Program-made: the position numbers and the translations under genes
Shown: piece after piece, positions 41,309 through 51,623 of the stretch
Numbering within the stretch: position 1 is the first letter of the stretch
Layout of the letters: each line of letters begins with the position of its first letter
Assembly: GCA_965261005.1 (NCBI GenBank)
Contig: OZ253375.1
Span: forward strand, 160,001 to 224,000
DNA length: 64,000 bases
Direction of reading: 5' to 3'
Source: Deinococcus sp.
GTDB lineage: Bacteria; Deinococcota; Deinococci; Deinococcales; Deinococcaceae
Notes under the pieces: model-generated
Told to the model about the DNA's origin: nothing
Database searches by the model: none
Seen by the model: the letters and a program-made list of their open reading frames with translations, nothing else

Positions 41309-41667
41309 GCGTGGCGCGCGAAAGCGGCGGCGCGGAAGCGCTGTGGCGCGCCCGCGCGCTGCGCTACGTCCTGCTGTACCTGCTGCTGGCCGGCGCGCTG
41401 GTGGGGCTGCGCTACCAAGGGCGAAGCGTCTACCCGGAACTGCGCGCGCTGCGCGATCAAAGGGCGGCGCTGCAACAGCGGCGCAGCGTGCTCGAACTGG
41501 ACGTCGAGCGCCAATCCTCCGGCGCGCGGGTGCGCGATTGGGCGCTGGAGAGGGGCATGTTGCCCTTCAGCCAAGCCCGGAAGCAGACCGCCACCTTCAC
41601 AGCCCTGCCCTCCCCGCCCGCCTTGCCCGCCGCCCATTCACCCAAGGTGAACACCGCATGGAAATAA
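41305..41667 (+). CDS. ftsL: Cell division protein FtsL-like
   Basis: TM plus coiled coil between rsmH and ftsI. Confidence 0.7.
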   Translation: MSVARESGGAEALWRARALRYVLLYLLLAGALVGLRYQGRSVYPELRALRDQRAALQQRRSVLELDVERQSSGARVRDWALERGMLPFSQARKQTATFTALPSPPALPAAHSPKVNTAWK

Positions 41668-42980
41668 AGCTCCGCAACCGCTCGCGTTTGATGCTGGCCC
41701 TCAGCTTGCTGGCCTTTTTGCTGTTGGTGTTCGCCTACGCGCAGCTCGAACTGCGCTTGCCGCAGGCTTTTACCGCCAGCCCGGCTCCCACGCGCGGCAG
41801 CATTCTGGCGGCGAACGGCAACGTGCTTGCCAAGACGGTGGCGGGGCGCCGGGTCTACCCGCAGGGCGCGGTCGGCGGTCAATTGGTCGGCTTCGTGGGC
41901 ACCGACCGTGGCCTGGAGGGGGTCGAGGCCGAGTACCAAGACCAACTCGCGCGCGGCGAAAGCGTGACCCTCACGATAGACCCGAAGTTGCAGGCGGCGG
42001 CCGAGTCCATTTTGGCGCGCTGGGTCAAGGAGCGCCAAGGGGAATACGGCTCGGTGGTCGCCCTCGACGTGCACAGCGGGCGGGTGCTGGCGGCGGCCAG
42101 CTACCCCCCCTTCAACCCGAACGATTGGCGCCGCTACGGCCCGGCCAGCCGCCGCAACCGGCCGTTCCTCGACGTGTTCGAGCCGGGCAGCACCGTAAAG
42201 GGGCTGGTGGTGGCGGCGGCTCTCAACGAGGGCCTGACCACGCCGAACACCGCCTACGAGACCCCTATGCGCCGGCCCATCGGCCGCAACGTCATTCACG
42301 ACGCGGTGCAGCACCCGGGCACGCTCACCACCGCGCAGGTGCTGCGCTACTCCAGCAACGTCGGCATGAGCCACATTGTGGAGCGCTTCGAGCCGCAGCG
42401 CATGTACGGCTACCTGTCCGCCTACGGCTTCGGCCGGGCCGTCGAGCTGCCCACTGTGTACACCGAGACGGGGCAGCTTCAGCCGTGGCGGCGCTGGTCG
42501 GACATCGTGCGAGCCACCAACGCCTTCGGGCAGGGTATGTCCGGCACGCCGCTGCAACTGGCGGCGGCCTACAACACCGTCGCCAACGACGGCGTCTACG
42601 TCGCGCCCCAAGTGGTGGAGGGCGAGGCGGCCGGCCCCGCGCGCCGGGTGCTCGCCCCGCAATCGGCGCGGGCCGTACGCGCGATGCTGCGCGCGGCCAT
42701 CGACCAGCAGATTCCTCACGCCGCCGGCATTCCCGGCTACAGCCTCGCCGGCAAGACCGGCACGGCGCAGGTGGCGCAGCCGGGAGGCTACAGCAGCACC
42801 CTGTTTGACAGCGTGTTCGCCGGCTTTTTCCCAGCCGAGCGACCGCGCGTCACCCTCGCCGTGATGGTTCACGGCGCCCGCGAGGGCTACCACGGCTCCA
42901 TGCTGGCCGCCCCGATCTACCGCGACATCGCCGCCGAACTGTACGCGCAGTGGGCCTACCCGCCCGACGCGCGTGAGTAG
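41658..42980 (+). CDS. ftsI: Class B penicillin-binding protein
   Basis: EPGSTVK, SSN, GKTGTAQ motifs. Confidence 0.85.
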   Translation: MEIKLRNRSRLMLALSLLAFLLLVFAYAQLELRLPQAFTASPAPTRGSILAANGNVLAKTVAGRRVYPQGAVGGQLVGFVGTDRGLEGVEAEYQDQLARGESVTLTIDPKLQAAAESILARWVKERQGEYGSVVALDVHSGRVLAAASYPPFNPNDWRRYGPASRRNRPFLDVFEPGSTVKGLVVAAALNEGLTTPNTAYETPMRRPIGRNVIHDAVQHPGTLTTAQVLRYSSNVGMSHIVERFEPQRMYGYLSAYGFGRAVELPTVYTETGQLQPWRRWSDIVRATNAFGQGMSGTPLQLAAAYNTVANDGVYVAPQVVEGEAAGPARRVLAPQSARAVRAMLRAAIDQQIPHAAGIPGYSLAGKTGTAQVAQPGGYSSTLFDSVFAGFFPAERPRVTLAVMVHGAREGYHGSMLAAPIYRDIAAELYAQWAYPPDARE

Positions 42981-43441
42981 TTCGTGTGAAGCTTCTCAGC
43001 AAACGGGCCGTTCCGCAGCGTCGCCGTCCTTTTTTAAGCGGGTTCCCGGCGTCGTGGGGCGCCAATCGGTCGTCAGGGGCGGTTGAAGCGGCCCTCGGCG
43101 GCTTGGAAGCGTCATTTCGGGCGGAAGACGGCGCCCTTAAGATGAGCCGCCCTATCCTCGGGTCAGCGCTCGTCTCATCTGAGGCTCGCGTCACGGCCGC
43201 ATTTCCCGAAGTTTTTGGTGATATTTTCGACATTTAAAAACGCCTCAGAGATGTGAATATTTGCGGTTTTTCTTAGAAATTGTCCATTTTGGGCGCCTAC
43301 CTTCAGGTTCGGTGGGCGCCCATTTGCATGGGGCGCGAACGAAAAAGCCAAAGACTGGCGGGTGTTGCCCGTCATGTTCGCGCGGGAAAGCGCTTTGTGC
43401 CGCGCGGCCAAGAAGTGCCTTTGGCGCTTTCGGGGAGTCAA

Positions 43442-44035
43442 ATGTTGAACAACACAACGGTGGGACGAATGCTCGGAGTGTACGGCGCCGCCGCGCTGTC
43501 GCTGGCTTCTGCGGCCCCAGTGCTGCCAAGCGCCGACCTCGCGTCGGCGGCGCTGCGTAGCGCGCTGAGCGTCGAGGCCGCGCCGGCCGTTCCGGTCGCC
43601 ATGATCGCTGCCAAGTCGGTCGCTGCCCGGCCGGACCCGGCCGCCGAGGCGCGCGCCAAGGGTGTGGCCGCCGCCCAAAAGACGCAGAAGGTGGCCGTGC
43701 GCGTGGGCGGCAAGTCGGCCGTCGTACGGGCGACCGCCTACAACAGCGCGCCGAACCAGACCGACAGCACCCCCTTTATCACCGCGACCGGCACGCGCAC
43801 CCACTTCGGGGTGGTGGCCCTCTCACGCGATCTTCTGGCCAAGTTTCCCTACGGGACCAAGCTGAAAATCGAGGACCTGAGCGGGCGCTACCAAAACTTG
43901 CTGGCCGGTCAAGTCTTTATCGTCGAGGACACCATGCACCCGCGCAAGCGCGGCACCGTGGACGTGTGGATGACCACGCGCGGCCAGGCGCTGAGCTGGG
44001 GGGCGCGCTCGGTGCGCATCACCGAACTGCGCTGA
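43442..44035 (+). CDS. Secreted 3D-domain protein
   Basis: Signal peptide, ATAYNS..TDSTPFITATG, VEDTM, VDVW. Confidence 0.85.
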   Translation: MLNNTTVGRMLGVYGAAALSLASAAPVLPSADLASAALRSALSVEAAPAVPVAMIAAKSVAARPDPAAEARAKGVAAAQKTQKVAVRVGGKSAVVRATAYNSAPNQTDSTPFITATGTRTHFGVVALSRDLLAKFPYGTKLKIEDLSGRYQNLLAGQVFIVEDTMHPRKRGTVDVWMTTRGQALSWGARSVRITELR

Positions 44036-44091
44036 GGGGGTTTGGACTGATCTGGATGTGGGCCAATACGGCTTCCTCACCCCTGTGAACT

Positions 44092-45294
44092 ATGCTGGCC
44101 GGCGTGACCGGCCTTTCCGACGCCCCCCTGCCCAAGCGCTCTCTGCCGCTGACCATCGCCCTCGCCCACCTGCGCCACCGCCGCACCCAGAACGTCATCA
44201 CCGTGCTGGGCGTGGCGGTCGGCGTGATGGTGCTGATCGCGGCGCTGTCCCTCACCAACGGCTTCAGCCGCGCCCTGGTTGACGCGACCCTGCGCGCCAC
44301 GCCCCAGCTGTCGCTGACCGCCTGGAAGCTGACGCCGAGAAACGTGGCGCTGGAAGGGCGTCTGAAGAACAGCCCGGAGGTGATCGCCTACGCCCCCTTT
44401 TTGCTTGATAAGGCGCTGCTGACCCGGCCGGCGGCGGGGGGGCGTGGCGCCGGTGTGGACTTCACGACCATCTTCGGCGTGACCTCGGCCGAGTCCGACG
44501 TGCTGGACTTGCCGGCGGAAGAGCGCGAGCTGCTGCGCAGCTTGCGGCCCGGCGAGGTGCTGCTCGGCAGCGCGCTGGCGCAGTCGGTGGGCGCCTTTAC
44601 CGGGGATCAGGTGCGCCTGCTCGATGCCGGCCAGCGCCGCGCCTCGCTGCGGGTGGCGGGGCTGTTTCACACCGGCAACTACCTGATCGACTCGGCCTAC
44701 GCCTTTGTCGGGCTGTCCACCCTGCAAAACTTGCAGGGCACCGACAGCGTCGCCGGCTACCACGTCAAGCTGCGCCGCCCGGAGCTTGCGCCCGAGGTGG
44801 GAGGGCAGCTCAGCGCCGGCCTCTCGCTCAGCCCGGTGCCGTGGCAGGACCTCAACCGCACCCTGCTCGACCAGCTCGCCCTGCAAAAGCGCGTCATCGG
44901 CATCGTGGTCTTTTTGATCGTGATCGTGGCGGCCTTTGGCATCGCCAACGTCCTCACGCTGACCGTCTTCGAGAAGACTTCCGAGATCGCTATTCTACGC
45001 GCGGTGGGCGCTACCCGGCGCGACATCCTGGCGACCTTCGTGCTGGAGGGGGCCGTGCTGGGCGCGGCGGGGCTGCTGCTGGGCAACCTGCTGGGCCTCG
45101 CCTTCAGCGCCTACTTTCAGTGGCGCCCTTTCACGCTGCCGGGGGACTTGTACTTTATCAGCGCCCTGCCGGTGGAATTGCGCGGCGGCGACTTCGTGTG
45201 GGTGAACGCCTTGGGGCTGGCGACCACCCTGCTGGCGGCTTTTCTGCCCGCGCGCCGCGCCGCCAACATCGAGCCGGCGCGGGTGATCCGCTGA
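44092..45294 (+). CDS. LolC/E-like ABC permease
   Basis: GVAVGVMVLIAALSLTNGF, EKTSEIAILRAVG, PARRAA. Start may be GTG at 44104. Confidence 0.85.
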   Translation: MLAGVTGLSDAPLPKRSLPLTIALAHLRHRRTQNVITVLGVAVGVMVLIAALSLTNGFSRALVDATLRATPQLSLTAWKLTPRNVALEGRLKNSPEVIAYAPFLLDKALLTRPAAGGRGAGVDFTTIFGVTSAESDVLDLPAEERELLRSLRPGEVLLGSALAQSVGAFTGDQVRLLDAGQRRASLRVAGLFHTGNYLIDSAYAFVGLSTLQNLQGTDSVAGYHVKLRRPELAPEVGGQLSAGLSLSPVPWQDLNRTLLDQLALQKRVIGIVVFLIVIVAAFGIANVLTLTVFEKTSEIAILRAVGATRRDILATFVLEGAVLGAAGLLLGNLLGLAFSAYFQWRPFTLPGDLYFISALPVELRGGDFVWVNALGLATTLLAAFLPARRAANIEPARVIR

Positions 45295-45331
45295 AGTGGT
45301 AGCCTGAGCAAACGCTTGTTAGGGAGGCCGT

Positions 45332-46975
<1,644 letters not shown>

Positions 46976-47225
46976 AGGTATCTGATCCCCCTGATCACCC
47001 CTCAAAACAGAACCTGAGGGAAGCGAGGTACTTTCAGTCAAGCAATCTGGGAAGGTCGGCTCCGGGGTGTCTTCATTGCGGAATGACCCTGCCAGAGCCG
47101 GCTGTTCACCCTCAGCAGCGTTTTGAGGGGTGGTCGGGTTGGCAGGACGCCGTGCTGGTCATACAGCCCGCAGCCCTGGCAGAAAGTTCTGTGGCGGCGA
47201 GATGTCTTGGGTTGATCGAGAGCGG

Positions 47226-47714
47226 TCATGGCTTCTCTTCGAGGGTGAAACGCAGCAGAGGGTCACCGTCGTAATTTTGGCTGTATTCACGGAAGCCGAG
47301 CGATTCGTAGAGGGTGCGGGCAGGCTGGTTTTGAGGATGGTGGGCAATGACGATTTCGCGGCAGTCCGGTCGAGCCTGAAGTTCGGCCATTGCCAAAAGC
47401 GTGGCCGCACGTCCGTAACCGCGCTGCTGGTCAGGCTCATGGATGACAGTGTGAATGACTTCATAGATGCCGGGAATCCGCTCGGTCAGGGCCTCATCGG
47501 CGTAATGCTGACCATACGCGATGAAACCCACGGGTTCGGCTTTACCTGGAGCAAAGATTAGTCGGGCCTCCACGTCCGGCAGGCGGCGGCTGTTGTCCAG
47601 CCAATACGAGTTGTAATGCACCCAATACTGCTCCTCGTTGCCCGCGAAAACCTGGTTGACCCAGTGTTCGTCGGCCTCCGAAACCGGTTGAAGACGCACC
47701 ACAGGCTCGCTCAT
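47226..47714 (-). CDS. GNAT acetyltransferase
   Basis: QQRGYGRAA motif A, NQPARTLYESLGF. Confidence 0.85.
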   Translation of the reverse strand: MSEPVVRLQPVSEADEHWVNQVFAGNEEQYWVHYNSYWLDNSRRLPDVEARLIFAPGKAEPVGFIAYGQHYADEALTERIPGIYEVIHTVIHEPDQQRGYGRAATLLAMAELQARPDCREIVIAHHPQNQPARTLYESLGFREYSQNYDGDPLLRFTLEEKP

Positions 47715-47763
47715 TCTCTCCTGACCTCCCCCACCGGCTGCGGCTTCTGCGCCATCACGTCCG

Positions 47764-48015
47764 GTGGGATGGACGTACGGGGCGGTGGTCTTGTGGCTCG
47801 CTGTAGCCCTCGAAGTCGCGCAGAATCAGCTTGTCTTGGCCGTATATCAGGACGCCATGAGGCGACACCGAAATTTTGCCGCCGGGATCGCCCACGCTGC
47901 GGCTGCGGGTGCGGCAGGAGGTGTATTGGGTCGTGGATCCGCATTCGCGTCCGATTCTAGCTCACGGCCTCGGTATTCGCGTCCCGCCTGTTCCAAAACT
48001 TTGTATGCTCGCTAA
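47764..48015 (+). CDS. Possible small membrane protein or fragment
   Basis: Hydrophobic N-terminus only. Confidence 0.3.
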   Translation: MGWTYGAVVLWLAVALEVAQNQLVLAVYQDAMRRHRNFAAGIAHAAAAGAAGGVLGRGSAFASDSSSRPRYSRPACSKTLYAR

Positions 48016-48027
48016 GGGAGTAACAGC

Positions 48028-48774
48028 GTGATGGACAAACCCGCCCACCTTGAACCTTGGATGCCCAGCGCCGCGCGCTTCGCCTGGACGCCGGAGGAGC
48101 TGGCGTATTGGCGAGAGGCCGGCAAGGTGGTCAGCCTGGAAAGCGGACTGGACCGTTGGTTACCGGCGGCGACGAGCACGCTCTCTGCTGCCGCCACAGC
48201 TCGCATAACGGCTGAGATATACGCCGAGGCACGCCGAAAGATGGCCGCGCTGACCCAATCGGGCGTCGAGGCGAACGAGGCCGCGTCTACGGTGATGCAA
48301 GAATTGGGCGACCCGAAAGTTGCGCTTTTGCACTATAAAAAACAGTATTTAACCGTAAAAGAAGCAAAGCGGTTTGAAACCGATTCTGAACAGCACGGGA
48401 AAAACTTGTATTGGCTCACACTCGTTTTGCTAGGAATTTTTGTTGCAACTCTGTTTCTCAATGGGCCACTCTTGTTTTTCGCCTTCTTATTTTTGAACGC
48501 AATTAGAATTAATGCCATGAATTTATATCGTGATCGGCTACTTAAAAGATTGAGCCTTTTGGACACGCTGGCTAAATTCTGGACTTTCGATAGTTTATCT
48601 TATTGGTTCTGTATATTCGCATTTGTTTCATACATATCAATAAAATCTGACGCTTCAAATCCATCCTCCTTCGTGTTTTCTATTCCCCTTTCGGTAATAA
48701 TTTCCTGCGCATTGTATTTTGATTATTCGAACAAGAAAAACATTTTAAAAAAACTCCGCAACAAAGCCGTCTAA
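48028..48774 (+). CDS. Membrane protein with HAAS/permease-prefix-like N-terminus
   Basis: RITAEI..GVEANEAASTVMQELGDP, then an AT-rich multi-TM C-terminus. Confidence 0.65.
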   Translation: MMDKPAHLEPWMPSAARFAWTPEELAYWREAGKVVSLESGLDRWLPAATSTLSAAATARITAEIYAEARRKMAALTQSGVEANEAASTVMQELGDPKVALLHYKKQYLTVKEAKRFETDSEQHGKNLYWLTLVLLGIFVATLFLNGPLLFFAFLFLNAIRINAMNLYRDRLLKRLSLLDTLAKFWTFDSLSYWFCIFAFVSYISIKSDASNPSSFVFSIPLSVIISCALYFDYSNKKNILKKLRNKAV

Positions 48775-49295
48775 CTTCCGCCCGGTACCTCGAACCCGAA
48801 CAGGTGCGCCCACTTGCGCGGCTGAACGCCCCACCGCAGCAGCAGGTAGACAAAGGCGAGCGCGACCACCACGGCGATGGCGACCACGAAGGTGCTCAGG
48901 GCGGAGGCTTCCTGCGGCTTGTAAGAAAAGACCAGGCTGGTCGAGATGGCCGGCGGGTGGACCAGCCGCAGGAAGCTGAGCAGCGGCACGCAGATGGCCA
49001 GCGCCACCGCCGCCGAGGCGTAGGGGGGCGGCAGCACCAAGCTCGCCGCGTAGCCGACCGACATGGCGATTAGGTGCGAAAAGACCAGCGGCTTGAAGCG
49101 GTTGACCTCGTTGAGCGGCTGCCAATACAGCAAAAAGACGCTGGAGGCCAGGGACGTGACCAGCACCGGCTGGTGCCGCACGCCCTGCACCACGAAAATA
49201 ACGGCCAGCACCGTCAGCACGGTCGCCACGCTGACCACGGTCAGCTGCTGGTGCGTGCCGGGCGCCCCCGCTTGGCCTTGGTTGCCCAGCCTCAT
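48771..49295 (-). CDS. HPP-family membrane protein
   Basis: SLASSVFLLY..P, LVHPPA motif. Confidence 0.85.
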   Translation of the reverse strand: MRLGNQGQAGAPGTHQQLTVVSVATVLTVLAVIFVVQGVRHQPVLVTSLASSVFLLYWQPLNEVNRFKPLVFSHLIAMSVGYAASLVLPPPYASAAVALAICVPLLSFLRLVHPPAISTSLVFSYKPQEASALSTFVVAIAVVVALAFVYLLLRWGVQPRKWAHLFGFEVPGGS

Positions 49296-49492
49296 TCCGC
49301 CCGAAGTTCCTCTATTCGCAGCGCGTAGCCGGGCGCCAAGCCGTCCCAATACCCTTCGCGCACGGTCCAGTACACGTCGCCGCGCACTTGCTGTTCGGCG
49401 TACGTCTTGGCGTCCTCCAAACTGTCAAAGTCGCGCTGAAAATGTTCTACGGCGGCATTGTCCTGCTCCTCGATGGTCAGGCGGTAGTTCAT
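49292..49492 (-). CDS. Small hypothetical protein
   Basis: 66 aa with normal codon usage, overlaps the HPP start. Confidence 0.6.
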   Translation of the reverse strand: MNYRLTIEEQDNAAVEHFQRDFDSLEDAKTYAEQQVRGDVYWTVREGYWDGLAPGYALRIEELRAE

Positions 49493-49538
49493 GCGGGCAT
49501 GATGGCCGCTGCGAACCCGGCACGGGTGTGAGGTGGCC

Positions 49539-50096
49539 TTAAGCTTCTTGTCTCAGCCCCGCCACCAGAGCCTTCAGCCCGCGCTCGAAGCCCCCTCTCG
49601 GCCCGCTCAGCCCGAACGCCCCGCCGCGCTCCAGGCTGACAAAGCCGTGCAAAAAGGACCACAGCGCGACCGCGCCGGCCGTGTCGTCGGGGTCGCCCGT
49701 GATTCCGCCGACCAGGCTCAGCACCAGGTTCCACAAGTCCTTGCCCGCGCCGGGCTGGGCGACGGCGGGAGGACGCGGCGCGTGAAGCAGGGCGTAGAGC
49801 TTGGGATGCTCGCGGGCGTAAGCGAGGTAAGCGTGGGCGGCGCTGTGCAGGGCGTCCGCGCCTTGTTGCCTGGCGCTGGCGCCCCGCATGGCGGCGTGAA
49901 GCTGCGCGGCCGTGTCATCCTCCAGGGCGGCCTCAAGCGCCGTTTTGTCGGGATAGTGGCGGTAGAGACTCGACGCCCGCAAACCGAGCTGCCCCGCCAG
50001 CGAGCGCATGCTCAGCCCTTCGGGGCCGCCCCCTTCGAGCAAGGTGCGGGCAGCCTCCAGAATGGCGTCCGGCGAGGTCTTGGCGGGGTAGGGCAT
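49539..50096 (-). CDS. TetR-family regulator (WHG-type C-terminus)
   Basis: LSMRSLA..SLYRHY HTH, WSFLHGFVSLE. Confidence 0.9.
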   Translation of the reverse strand: MPYPAKTSPDAILEAARTLLEGGGPEGLSMRSLAGQLGLRASSLYRHYPDKTALEAALEDDTAAQLHAAMRGASARQQGADALHSAAHAYLAYAREHPKLYALLHAPRPPAVAQPGAGKDLWNLVLSLVGGITGDPDDTAGAVALWSFLHGFVSLERGGAFGLSGPRGGFERGLKALVAGLRQEA

Positions 50097-50099
50097 CTG

Positions 50100-50172
50100 C
50101 GAACAGTGTACGTCTTGACGAAAGGAAAAGTAAGGTGTACGCTGTTCGTGTTGAAGACGAACAGCATTCGTC
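50100..50172. promoter_or_regulatory. Divergent promoter with TetR operator-like repeats
   Basis: CGAACAGTGTAC / GTACGCTGTTCG inverted pair, ACGAACAGCATTCGT palindrome, TTGACG-17-TACGCT. Confidence 0.6.
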
Positions 50173-50188
50173 TTAGAAGGAGTTTGGC

Positions 50189-50920
50189 ATGAACGTTCGG
50201 CAGCACGGTCCCAATCTCTTTCAAATTGAGCGCCGCTTCCCGTTTTCTATCAACGCTTACCTGGTCCGCGAAGAGGACGGCCTGACCCTGATTGATACCG
50301 GCATCGGCGGCACGGCGCCCGCCATTCTCGGTGCGGCCCGCCAACTCGGCCAACCCATCAAGCGTATTGCGCTCACGCACACGCACGGCGACCACGTCGG
50401 CTCGCTGGACGCCCTGCGCGCGGCCTTGCCGAACGCTGAAATCTCGATCTCGGCGCGCGACGCGCGCTTGCTCGCGGGAGACAGGAGTCTCGATGAGGGC
50501 GAGCCGGCCGACAAGCTGCGCGGCGGCTTTGTCGAGGTTGAGACTCAACCGGACCGTTTGCTGGTGGACGGCGACCACGTCGGCTCGTTGCTGGTGGTCG
50601 CTTCTCCCGGTCACACGCCCGGCCACGTCGCCTTTTTCGACGAACGCGGCGGCGACTTGATCGCCGGGGACGCTTTCGTGACGGCGGGCGGCCCCCACGT
50701 CGCGGGGATGCTGCGCCCCCTCTTCCCGATCTCGCCCTTCGCCACCTACCACCGCCCGCTCGCCCTGGAGAGCGCCCGCAAACTGCGCGACCTGAGGCCA
50801 GCCCGCCTCGCCGTCGGACACGGCCCGGTGCTCGCGGAGCTGGTACGGGCGATGGACGGGGCGATTCGGGAGGCCGAGCGGTCGTTGTTGCGAGCAGGAC
50901 CTGGGGCCGTCTTGCGGTGA
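50189..50920 (+). CDS. MBL-fold metallo-hydrolase
   Basis: THTHGDHVG, PGHTPGH, AGD, VGHG. Confidence 0.9.
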   Translation: MNVRQHGPNLFQIERRFPFSINAYLVREEDGLTLIDTGIGGTAPAILGAARQLGQPIKRIALTHTHGDHVGSLDALRAALPNAEISISARDARLLAGDRSLDEGEPADKLRGGFVEVETQPDRLLVDGDHVGSLLVVASPGHTPGHVAFFDERGGDLIAGDAFVTAGGPHVAGMLRPLFPISPFATYHRPLALESARKLRDLRPARLAVGHGPVLAELVRAMDGAIREAERSLLRAGPGAVLR

Positions 50921-51003
50921 TTGCTCTTAGCGAGGGGTGGACACATCGGCCAGGCGCTTCGCCCCTTGAATGTTCCGCGCTAAAATCAACCAAAGGAGGC
51001 GTC

Positions 51004-51204
51004 GTGACCCAACCCAAGCTCGTGAAAATCATTCGGCAGACGACCCGCGAAGAGGCCGAGCGCGAGGACCGCCTCTACGAGTGGTCGCTGACCCCGCGTG
51101 AGCGGCTGCGGAATTTGGAGTGGTTGCGGCGCATGACTTACCCGAATGGAATTCCCCCCAGACTTCAAAGCGTTTCTGAGCTGCTTAAACCGCCACGCGG
51201 TTGA
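51004..51204 (+). CDS. Small protein paired with nucleotidyltransferase
   Basis: GGAGG-GTG start, WSLTPRERL motif, overlaps next gene. Confidence 0.6.
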   Translation: MTQPKLVKIIRQTTREEAEREDRLYEWSLTPRERLRNLEWLRRMTYPNGIPPRLQSVSELLKPPRG

Positions 51205-51583
51205 GTACGTGTTGGTGGGCGGTTATGCTGTCGCGGCCCACGGCTACACGCGCAACACCGGCGACATGGACATTTTCTATGGTCCGGGCTTGGACAACGC
51301 CCGGCGTCTTGAGGACGCCCTCGCCGAGTTTGGCTTCGCCGTGGAGGCGGCCAGCCTCGCCGCCGACAATGTGTTGTTCCGCATGGGCGTCAAGCCCGTG
51401 ATGATCGAGCTGATGAACAACCTCAGCGGCGTTACTTTTGGGGAAGTGTACACGCATCGGGACAATCTTGAACTGGACGATCTGGACGTGCCCATGATTG
51501 ACCTAACCCGTCTGCGTATCAACAAAGCCGCCTCGGGACGATCAAAAGACGCGGTGGACCTTCAGAACCTTCCCGAATCCTGA
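51146..51583 (+). CDS. Nucleotidyltransferase-fold protein
   Basis: VLVGGYAV..HG..R.TGDMD, NKAASGRSKDAVDL. Confidence 0.8.
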   Translation: MEFPPDFKAFLSCLNRHAVEYVLVGGYAVAAHGYTRNTGDMDIFYGPGLDNARRLEDALAEFGFAVEAASLAADNVLFRMGVKPVMIELMNNLSGVTFGEVYTHRDNLELDDLDVPMIDLTRLRINKAASGRSKDAVDLQNLPES

Positions 51584-51623
51584 TTGCAAGAAGGTCGTGC
51601 CCGCCCCGCGCTACACTCTCCCC

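Noticed and set aside
42981..43441. Possible c-di-AMP riboswitch or sRNA upstream of the 3D-domain gene
   Set aside because: No ydaO consensus blocks recognisable. ORFs 42986-43237 and 43280-43441 look non-coding.
47038..47229. 63-aa ORF coupled to the GNAT gene
   Set aside because: No recognisable motif. May be a gene fragment, but support is insufficient.
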